Source: a virus
Taxonomy: Duplodnaviria; Caudoviricetes
IMG/VR virus record: IMGVR_UViG_3300032225_002734
Span: 1-51,430 of that record
Reading direction: 5' to 3' (one strand)
Length of the DNA: 51,430 nucleotides
Program-made: the position numbers and the translations under genes
Notes under the pieces: model-generated
The model's input: the letters and a program-made list of their open reading frames with translations, nothing else
Told to the model about the DNA's origin: nothing
Databases searched by the model: none
Shown here: in pieces, positions 1 through 7,638 of the stretch
Numbering within the stretch: the stretch's first letter is position 1
How the letters are laid out: each line of letters starts with the position of its first letter

Positions 1-345
1 AAAATTGATCTTGCGGGGGTTGCAAGTTATGGTGGTTATGCTAATGTTACTGTTGGATACGCGGCATATGCTCTTAGTCTAGCTGCTGGAGGCACAGCAG
101 ATCGAGCAAATTACGCAAACAAAGCTGATCTTGTAAGTAGTGCAAATTATGCAGGTTACGCAGGTTATGCTGCTTACGCTGGGGCCGCAGGAGATTCTGT
201 GGCAGTTGGTCTAAACGCTGCAATAGCTGGATATACTCCTGTCGCAGGAAGCGTAAAAATTGGCACTACAGTATATTCAGATAAATCTATAAGTTTATGT
301 TATAATAATTCTGTTGTCACTGGGAAAGTATTAGGATCTTGGTAA
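1..345 (+). CDS. 3' end of Ala/Gly/Tyr-rich protein, probably tail-fibre/virion structural (partial, not in ORF track)
   Basis: Frame 1 open from base 1 to TAA at 343-345: KIDLAGVASYGGYANVTVGYAAYA...ANYAGYAGYAAYAGAAG...VTGKVLGSW*; three-residue A-x-Y periodicity. Confidence 0.6.
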   Translation, partial: KIDLAGVASYGGYANVTVGYAAYALSLAAGGTADRANYANKADLVSSANYAGYAGYAAYAGAAGDSVAVGLNAAIAGYTPVAGSVKIGTTVYSDKSISLCYNNSVVTGKVLGSW

Positions 346-1701
346 TTCAAAGTACCAAGAATCATTATTAAATATTAAAATTTCATTTGATGGAAAATGG
401 GTTAAAACAGCTTTTTTAATATAATCTTTAGACCATCCATGTCCGCCAATCGCTTTTATTCTTTTAGTCTTCCAAAAATCTATTTCATCTTTAAAAATTT
501 TAAAATCTGTTTGTCGATCTATATTAATATAAACAAATTCTATTTTTAAAAAATCTGTAAATTCACTTTTTTTGAAAAATTTAACATTTTTAAATTGATA
601 AATATCTGCTCCTAGCTGAGATTCTTTAGGAGATATACATAATACTTCTTTAAAATATTTCGAAAATATTTTTGTATAAGCTCCTTTGCCAGGATTTATT
701 TCTAATAAATTATTATTTAAATTTTTTTTATTTAAAAAATCAGAATAATAATTCATATTAAAAATTTGTTGATCTAGTTTATCAAATAAAATATCTTCCA
801 CGACTTGATTAATTTTATCTTTTACCATTTCTGGAGTTATGGATTTAGAGCATTCAAAAATTCTGCTGGTATTTTTGTGCTCTGGGCACCAAATCCAATC
901 AGATTGATCAAATAAAAATTTCTTATTATTAAAGCAAGAATTACAAACAGAATTATTAAAAACTCTATAAGGATTAGAAAATTCAATTTTAGGATTACTA
1001 AAACCGCTTATCATTATCACTTTTTTGCCGAGCGCCCAAGCTAGCCAAGACATCCCCGAACCTAAGCCAATAAAAAAATCAGCATTATATATAACATTCG
1101 CCATATCTTCTAGGGAAGAAAATACAGATTTATTTTCATTTGCTACATTTTGAGGGATCTGATTCAAATAAGAAATCGAGCCACAAACGTTATTCCGATC
1201 AACCGAAAAAACATCATATCCAATATCGTTTAAATAATCAATAATTTGTTCCCATCCTTTTGGATAGTTCCAAAATTTACATTGAGAAGTGCTGTGCGTG
1301 GCGATTGCAACATACGGTTTGCCGCTAGGATTGGTGAAATTTTTATTATTTAAATGAATTTTTGGTTTTATTTCTTTATATTTTAAACGCAAAAGCATGC
1401 AAACATATTCTTGTAAATTATAATCTTGATGAATATCTAAATCTTTATGAATTTCTGGCTTGTGTACGTGCGAATAAATATAATATCCTAGAGGAATCAC
1501 TAAATCAAAATTAGAATAATCTATGTCTGGCGGAGATACAAATGTTATATTTGGGTAACTTTTGATAAAGAAATGATTAAAATATCCTGCGCAAGTTACA
1601 TTGCAATTATTTGTTATTCTGTATTCTTCTACATATGGAACCCAAGCAATATTATCGCCTAAAGCATTAGATTGAAACAATATTAGTACATTTTTTTTCA
1701 T
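331..1701 (-). CDS. Autotransporter O-heptosyltransferase (Aah/TibC-like, GT-B) with C-terminal degenerate SAM-methyltransferase-like domain
   Basis: LGDNIAWVPY; PYVAIATHSTSQCKFWN; FFIGLGSGMSWLAWA; ISGFS; four-Cys motif CNSC...WCPEHK...FECSKSIT; tail LLEINPGKG...IGGHGW. Confidence 0.85.
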   Translation of the reverse strand: MKKNVLILFQSNALGDNIAWVPYVEEYRITNNCNVTCAGYFNHFFIKSYPNITFVSPPDIDYSNFDLVIPLGYYIYSHVHKPEIHKDLDIHQDYNLQEYVCMLLRLKYKEIKPKIHLNNKNFTNPSGKPYVAIATHSTSQCKFWNYPKGWEQIIDYLNDIGYDVFSVDRNNVCGSISYLNQIPQNVANENKSVFSSLEDMANVIYNADFFIGLGSGMSWLAWALGKKVIMISGFSNPKIEFSNPYRVFNNSVCNSCFNNKKFLFDQSDWIWCPEHKNTSRIFECSKSITPEMVKDKINQVVEDILFDKLDQQIFNMNYYSDFLNKKNLNNNLLEINPGKGAYTKIFSKYFKEVLCISPKESQLGADIYQFKNVKFFKKSEFTDFLKIEFVYINIDRQTDFKIFKDEIDFWKTKRIKAIGGHGWSKDYIKKAVLTHFPSNEILIFNNDSWYFELPRS

Positions 1702-2432
1702 GGCATCAAAAGATTTAATTTATGTATATAATCATTTTTTTCTTTATTCCCAAAAATTAATCCAATCCCTGCTGCGTGAGCTATATAAGCATTTCTAGCT
1801 ATATCTTCGGGGGGATATAACCCTTTATATGGTGGATACTCTGGCTCTATTGTGTTAATAGACATAGAATTATAAGCTCGACCTAAATTTTTATGAGGGA
1901 AACCATATTTTCTTAAAAAATAATTAAAGATTCCTTGGTCTCCATATGGAGTATGACATTTAAGATTATTTTTAAATATATAATGATGATCTTTCTCCAT
2001 GAGAATCACTCCAGCGTTATAATACCCGTGAGTCCAATTTATAGCACCAAAATAAGCTTGAAGCTGATACATTTCTTCGCATCGATTAAAGCAGTTGTCG
2101 TCATTTTTAGCGCCATCTAAAACTGCGTATAAAAATCCTTTAGGGAACATTTCAAATACATTAGGTATTTTTCTAGAAACAACGCAATCGTTATCTATAT
2201 ATAATAATCTATCAAAATTTTTTAGATGCTTTTTTATATTAAAGCTTTTTTGCACCCATGGATGCAAATTATTGATTTTTATAAAGTCATTAAAATCGGT
2301 TTCTATAATAAGCTCGGCCTTCCATTCGTTGGCGACATGCTCTAATCTTGGGCGGACGGCTTTATCAAAAAAATCAAATTCTTTGTCCGGCCCGTCCCAA
2401 AAAGAAGTTAGTATGCCTATTTTATCTTTCAT
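1698..2432 (-). CDS. GT-A glycosyltransferase, GT8-like
   Basis: LYIDND (DxD), YNAGVIL, DQGIFN, HAAG. Confidence 0.7.
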   Translation of the reverse strand: MKDKIGILTSFWDGPDKEFDFFDKAVRPRLEHVANEWKAELIIETDFNDFIKINNLHPWVQKSFNIKKHLKNFDRLLYIDNDCVVSRKIPNVFEMFPKGFLYAVLDGAKNDDNCFNRCEEMYQLQAYFGAINWTHGYYNAGVILMEKDHHYIFKNNLKCHTPYGDQGIFNYFLRKYGFPHKNLGRAYNSMSINTIEPEYPPYKGLYPPEDIARNAYIAHAAGIGLIFGNKEKNDYIHKLNLLMP

Positions 2433-2433
2433 T

Positions 2434-3243
2434 TTAAAAAATAGAAGAAAGAAAAGGGCATTTTGTATTTTTATATATTTTTTCTATATCTTGAGATTGC
2501 TCTTTTCTAGAAGACCAAAAAGTTTTTCTGATTGCTGCAAGGACGGCTTTTTCTTTTATTAGATCTTTCTCTGTAACTTCTCTTATTTTTAAATCAAAAT
2601 TTTGGTCTTTTTTAATTGGTATCATTTTCACTAAAGTAGTACCTGCTGGAAAAAAAATTTGGCCTTCATTTATGTGAATTTGTAAATTTATGTTTATATG
2701 TCTCCCAAATTCTGGATTATATATCCCTGGTACAGCAGAGAACCATTGATTATCGGAATAATAATTCGGAAGCATAAGAAAGTACCAACCTTTAGATATT
2801 GAAATCCGCCAATTAGACATAATTTTTATTATGTGTGGCCAGGTATCAGTTCTTGAACAACAAAATTCAGGAAATTGAGACCCAGAATGGGACTGTATTT
2901 CTGGAGATATTAATTTGCCATTAATAAGGTCTTGAACTTTTGTAGGAGAATCCCATTCATATCTTCCATCTTTATGCAAAATTAATTTTATATCTTGCCA
3001 AGTTTTTATATGAATTCCTTGGTCCATAAGTCCTCTGATTCCAGGGCATCTTTCAACACAAAAAGCCGTATTGGTTAAAGCGTTTTCTTCTTTAAGTTTT
3101 TTTTTGGTGACTTGAGAATGAGTTTTAACCCATTTGGGCAGAACATCATCTTTTGCTCTAATCGGCGGGCTTAAATTTTCAATCCCAGGAATAACAGAAT
3201 AAAACTCTATTTTAGGTTTCCCAAAATTAAAAATGGAAAACAT
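2434..3243 (-). CDS. Conserved phage hypothetical protein, predicted beta-rich
   Basis: 269-aa ORF in operon; RCPGI...KIMSNWRI...VPGI pattern recalls proteins common in aquatic phages. Confidence 0.45.
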   Translation of the reverse strand: MFSIFNFGKPKIEFYSVIPGIENLSPPIRAKDDVLPKWVKTHSQVTKKKLKEENALTNTAFCVERCPGIRGLMDQGIHIKTWQDIKLILHKDGRYEWDSPTKVQDLINGKLISPEIQSHSGSQFPEFCCSRTDTWPHIIKIMSNWRISISKGWYFLMLPNYYSDNQWFSAVPGIYNPEFGRHININLQIHINEGQIFFPAGTTLVKMIPIKKDQNFDLKIREVTEKDLIKEKAVLAAIRKTFWSSRKEQSQDIEKIYKNTKCPFLSSIF

Positions 3244-3253
3244 ATATTAAAAA

Positions 3254-3454
3254 TTAAAGCTTTGTCAAATTCTTGGGATCAAAAGTGGCTATTACCCTGT
3301 TCAATTCTGGCACTTCTGCACCTTTTAAATCTGCTCTAGAAATATATTTAAATAATAGTTCTAGCTCTTTTCTAGAAACTACTACGGAATAACGCTCGTC
3401 CATATTAATAGCCTGTGGGTTGTTCGCCGTCGCATCATTTTGATTTTGATTCAT
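3254..3454 (-). CDS. Small hypothetical protein
   Basis: 66-aa ORF overlapping the end of the upstream gene on the same strand. Confidence 0.55.
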   Translation of the reverse strand: MNQNQNDATANNPQAINMDERYSVVVSRKELELLFKYISRADLKGAEVPELNRVIATFDPKNLTKL

Positions 3455-4223
3455 ATTTTTTTATCCTTTCTATTAATTCAAATATTTTCGTTTTGGGTAT
3501 ATCTAATATATTAGATATATTTTCAGAATTTTCAAATTTTTCTTTGATTAATTTGGTTTTCAATGTATCAAAAGATATATTTTTTTCTTTCATTATTTTA
3601 TCGAGAACTGCGTGTGGTGAAGTTTGATTAATTGGCTGGTCCTCTTCTAAAATTTTTACATCCCCTAATTCTTCTTGACTTACTATATTTATTTTTAAAA
3701 AGTTTCTGACGCATCTTACAAACGCTCTATTTTCTGCTATTGCCGCCAGAAAAAACCTTGCAAAACTTTTAGTGTTATTGATTGTTGCATCCGCTAATGC
3801 TTCGAACACAATCTCTTGACTGCCGGTTTCATAGTTAGGAAGCCAAGTTATTCTGCATGATGTGGCAAAATAGTTTTCATTAGCTGCCACTACTTTATAC
3901 TCTACTTTAGAATAACCCCTGATTTGGGCTAGCTCTTTAATCCCTCCAAGTAATATTAAAAGATCTTTATCTTCGAGCTTAGAGACATCTGTCTCTTGAG
4001 TTTTTTGACGATTTGGTACAAGATACTCCGATTTGACCATTTTGCGCCAATTAATAGATCCATCATCATTATATACATAATTTATATTTGAATTTTCTAA
4101 CAATCCATAAATATTTCTAGTATAAATACTTGGCGGGGCTTTGGATAAAGTTTTATTTTCGGCTGGGACAGATTTAATATTATATAATTCTCCGCTTCCA
4201 ATAGAAACCGTATTGTCTATCAT
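3435..4223 (-). CDS. Putative single-strand annealing protein (Rad52/Sak-like)
   Basis: AIAENRAFVRCVRNFLKINIVSQEEL resembles the AExRA..R......EE motif of Rad52-fold phage recombinases. Confidence 0.45.
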   Translation of the reverse strand: MIDNTVSIGSGELYNIKSVPAENKTLSKAPPSIYTRNIYGLLENSNINYVYNDDGSINWRKMVKSEYLVPNRQKTQETDVSKLEDKDLLILLGGIKELAQIRGYSKVEYKVVAANENYFATSCRITWLPNYETGSQEIVFEALADATINNTKSFARFFLAAIAENRAFVRCVRNFLKINIVSQEELGDVKILEEDQPINQTSPHAVLDKIMKEKNISFDTLKTKLIKEKFENSENISNILDIPKTKIFELIERIKKYESKSK

Positions 4224-4230
4224 ATATAAT

Positions 4231-4259
4231 ATGATATTTTATATATATAAATTAGTCAA
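4231..4259 (-). promoter_or_regulatory. Sigma70-like promoter, leaderless
   Basis: TTGACT-17-TATCAT; ATG 7 nt downstream of -10. Confidence 0.65.
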
Positions 4260-5346
4260 GAGAAAAAATATAAAAATCTTCTATTGACTCCCAAAATTTT
4301 GGGTCATCGTGAATTTGTTCGAGAGGTTTACGAGGCATATTATTATAATAATTATATTCAGAACTGTAGAAATTTGATCCATTATATAATACTCTACAAG
4401 TTCTAAAATAAAGATTTTTATTTAACTTAAATTTTTTATTAGTTTTAGAAATATCTTTTTTAACAATAGGGCCATAATCCATCAATTCATATTTTAAATT
4501 CTTGATAAAATCATCGTCTTCATATGAAATAAACGTATAATTAATCCCTAAAGATCTCATATTTTTAATAAAATTAAAATCATAATTTTTTTCTAAAATA
4601 TAAATTATATTTATTATATTTTCTGAACGATTTTTTAATATATTAAAATTAATTGATTTTTTAGTAAAAATTATAGATTTTTTTAAAGATAAAAATTCAT
4701 TTAAAAAAGCTTCATGGAAATTTATATCCATTCTAACAATTTGATTGTTGATTTGAGATATTGGACCAAAATTAAAACCTTCAGAAGGAATAATTTCGAC
4801 TTTTTTATTACAAAAATCAGATCCTATATAATGGGTTTGAAAATTGATTTCATTTTTAATATTCAAAAATTTTAAAATATTTTTCGATATTGTTTCTGGC
4901 CATAAATTATCGTTTATTTTAAAAAAGTTAACGTCTTCTGATTCCGACCAATATGGTTTTATATTATCGACTTCTCCATCTGAATAAATAGATATAATTT
5001 TTTTATTAAAAATTCCGCACATATGCATTTCTATAGTTGGTTCGCCGACATACAAGCTTGATTGGCTGCATATATATCCATTTAGATTAAAATTTTTATT
5101 ATCGATAAAATGGCTCACATTTTTTAAGCCTTCATTTTCATTTTCGATTATTTGTATAATTTCATATTCGTATTTTTTTAAATCACTTAAAATTAAATCT
5201 ATTACTTCCTGCCAATATTTATATAAATTATTTTTTAAATTAATTAAAATAAATTTTTTGTAGGGTATGGGTTGATATTTTAAATAAATTTTGGGCTTTT
5301 CTATTTTTGAACCTATATTCAGAGCGTAATATGCGGCTGGATGCAT
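4252..5346 (-). CDS. Divergent GT-B (GT9-like) protein
   Basis: YKYWQEVIDLI...SLYVGEPTIEMHMCGIFNKKIISIY resembles GT9 C-terminal domain (xIGxDSxxxHxA). Confidence 0.45.
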   Translation of the reverse strand: MHPAAYYALNIGSKIEKPKIYLKYQPIPYKKFILINLKNNLYKYWQEVIDLILSDLKKYEYEIIQIIENENEGLKNVSHFIDNKNFNLNGYICSQSSLYVGEPTIEMHMCGIFNKKIISIYSDGEVDNIKPYWSESEDVNFFKINDNLWPETISKNILKFLNIKNEINFQTHYIGSDFCNKKVEIIPSEGFNFGPISQINNQIVRMDINFHEAFLNEFLSLKKSIIFTKKSINFNILKNRSENIINIIYILEKNYDFNFIKNMRSLGINYTFISYEDDDFIKNLKYELMDYGPIVKKDISKTNKKFKLNKNLYFRTCRVLYNGSNFYSSEYNYYNNMPRKPLEQIHDDPKFWESIEDFYIFSLD

Positions 5347-5363
5347 ATTAAATTATATATTAA

Positions 5364-7073
5364 TTATATAATTATATCAATATTTGTTTTATTTAATTTT
5401 AAAAGAGAATTATCTTTAGAAGAATAATTATTTAATTTAAATATATTATCAAATTTATATTCTAATTTTAATTCTCTTAAAAAATCTACATCATTATAAA
5501 TTTCATTCTTCGCTACAATGTTCTCCATTGGGATTTTGTCTGCAAATAAATTTATATATTTGTGATCTATTGCTAAATATAAATCTGATTGCTTATATAT
5601 TTGCTGTATTTTTTCTGGTATAGAGAGCGCGTAAATGATATCTAAGTCATTATCAATATTTAAAATTAATAAATTTTTTTTATTTTTTGTATCAAAAATC
5701 TTTTTTTCATTTTTTATTTTTAATAAGAAATTATTCAATTCAAATGAAAAATCAAAACTTATCGGCGGTAAACTGTCTAATAATTTTTCTATTTTTGGGC
5801 CAATACAAGATATTGAAAATTTTTCTAATGCCCATTTTCTAGAAAGACCCCCGAGTTTTATCCTTTCATTTTTTTTCATGCGATACACTTTATTTATATT
5901 ATTTTTTATTGATTTTGCGTCTGTAGACGCCTTCTTGAATTCTGTGCCATGCTCCCTATATTCGTGCCATTCTAATGGAATTGTACCATTCACATCTTCG
6001 CACATTTCTTCTCCGCAACTATAATTAGTGACTAACGTTATTAATTCAGTTAATTTCGCTTCTTGTATTGGTATTTCTTGGCCTCCACTAGTGAATGGAT
6101 GACAATATAAATCCATTAAATTATAAATTTCGTTTAATTGCTCTTCTGTAACCCCCAGATTAACACTAGAGGTATTCATAGAGTCTTTTGCGTTGCAAAA
6201 TTCGCATTTTACTTTTTCTCCGCAAAATGATTGAATTTTATAATTTTTACAGTTAGAACAAATATACGTAGTCAAAATTTCGGAATTTGCCACACCGTAT
6301 TCTTTACCAAGCTTTTGTATATTCCATCCTTCTTTCCATGAAGTGTGCAATAAGAGAGCGGAATTTTTAACGTCGGGATTTTCTTTTTTCCATAAAGCAT
6401 ATCCCTCTAAAAGATTTGGCACGCTTTTTCTAAGCTGATTTCTGAACACGAATCCTATAATAAAAGTAGATTGATCTATATTAAATTTTTTTCTTAAAGA
6501 AGATTTTTGCTCATCTGGCAATTTAAAAAAATGCTTATCATCTATAGGCCCATTAATCGTGATAGGGTGCGCAAATCCTAATTTGTGAAACTCTTTTGTA
6601 GCAAAATTGCTCCAAATCCAGTAATTTTTTATATTTTTTGCATGTTCTATCGCGTCTGGTAATAGCGGTAAAGAGTCCAGAGTCGTCCAAATGATTGAAT
6701 TTATTTTATTAAACCATTTTGAATTAATGGCAAAATCTAAACCCCAAATATCTTGAACCCCAATATATATATCTGGTTTTTCAGATTTAATAAGTTCGTC
6801 TAGATATAGGTCTCCATAAGAAGCAGATTTTGATTTTGATACGTCTTTTATTAATTCTTCTAATTCGGATTTTTTGTCGGGAAGACATCCAATAGATTTC
6901 CAAGGAGTTCTATTTAATTCAGGATTAGATTTTTGAATTCCGCAACAATAATGGACTATTTCGTATTTATTAGTTTTATATAAATAAGAAATAATTGCTT
7001 TAGCGGCTCTGCCGAAGCCAGTTTTTGCTAAAGTAAAATCTGAATGGTATAAAATTTTCTTTTTTGTCACCAA
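5364..7073 (-). CDS. GT4-like glycosyltransferase with internal Zn-ribbon
   Basis: TGFGRAA, RNQLRKS, LNEIYNLMDLYCHPFTSGGQEIPIQEA; insertion CSNC-x14-CEFC. Confidence 0.75.
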   Translation of the reverse strand: MVTKKKILYHSDFTLAKTGFGRAAKAIISYLYKTNKYEIVHYCCGIQKSNPELNRTPWKSIGCLPDKKSELEELIKDVSKSKSASYGDLYLDELIKSEKPDIYIGVQDIWGLDFAINSKWFNKINSIIWTTLDSLPLLPDAIEHAKNIKNYWIWSNFATKEFHKLGFAHPITINGPIDDKHFFKLPDEQKSSLRKKFNIDQSTFIIGFVFRNQLRKSVPNLLEGYALWKKENPDVKNSALLLHTSWKEGWNIQKLGKEYGVANSEILTTYICSNCKNYKIQSFCGEKVKCEFCNAKDSMNTSSVNLGVTEEQLNEIYNLMDLYCHPFTSGGQEIPIQEAKLTELITLVTNYSCGEEMCEDVNGTIPLEWHEYREHGTEFKKASTDAKSIKNNINKVYRMKKNERIKLGGLSRKWALEKFSISCIGPKIEKLLDSLPPISFDFSFELNNFLLKIKNEKKIFDTKNKKNLLILNIDNDLDIIYALSIPEKIQQIYKQSDLYLAIDHKYINLFADKIPMENIVAKNEIYNDVDFLRELKLEYKFDNIFKLNNYSSKDNSLLKLNKTNIDIII

Positions 7074-7606
7074 AGTTCGCTATCTTCTTCCGAAGGAGAG
7101 CCTGTTTGTTTGGCTTTATCATTTTTTATTTTTTTGATATTTTCTATTCTTTGCGATTCGAAAATTGTATCTAATGCATAAGATAAAAATTGCTTTAAAA
7201 GCCTAGCTTCATTAAAATATAAACCTATTAAATATGATTGTTTATTTTCGCTATTTTGTTTATCGGTTTTATTGACTATATAAGAATATCCCACCTGCTT
7301 ATCGTCTTTCATGTAAGGAGAAAATTTAACTTGTATAGATTGTTTTTCTGAATTATGAAATGCTGAAAATTCGGACTTTCTTTCTATTGCGTCTAAAATC
7401 CCAGCAGCCTCTCCTAAAGAAAATTTAATTTTTACACTTTTATTAGGATTATTTTGATTTTCTGAAAATGAGCCAATTTTTTTAGAATCATTCCACGAGC
7501 TTTGTTTTATCAACGAGCTCCAGATGGATTGGTCTTTAGGATTTACGGAAAAACTGCAAGCAGTTCCTGTATTTTTACTATTAGGTTTATAAAAAGATAT
7601 CATCAC
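7067..7606 (-). CDS. Putative Whirly/PC4-like ssDNA-binding protein
   Basis: Two repeats ending KFSLGEAAGIL and IGLYFNEARLL; acidic-aromatic tail EEDSELW; next to polymerase gene. Confidence 0.45.
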   Translation of the reverse strand: MMISFYKPNSKNTGTACSFSVNPKDQSIWSSLIKQSSWNDSKKIGSFSENQNNPNKSVKIKFSLGEAAGILDAIERKSEFSAFHNSEKQSIQVKFSPYMKDDKQVGYSYIVNKTDKQNSENKQSYLIGLYFNEARLLKQFLSYALDTIFESQRIENIKKIKNDKAKQTGSPSEEDSELW

Positions 7607-7609
7607 TAT

Positions 7610-7638
7610 ATGATAAGGTTTATTTGTTTATTTGTCAA
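7610..7638 (-). promoter_or_regulatory. Sigma70-like promoter, leaderless
   Basis: TTGACA-17-TATCAT, 6 nt before ATG at 7603. Confidence 0.65.
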
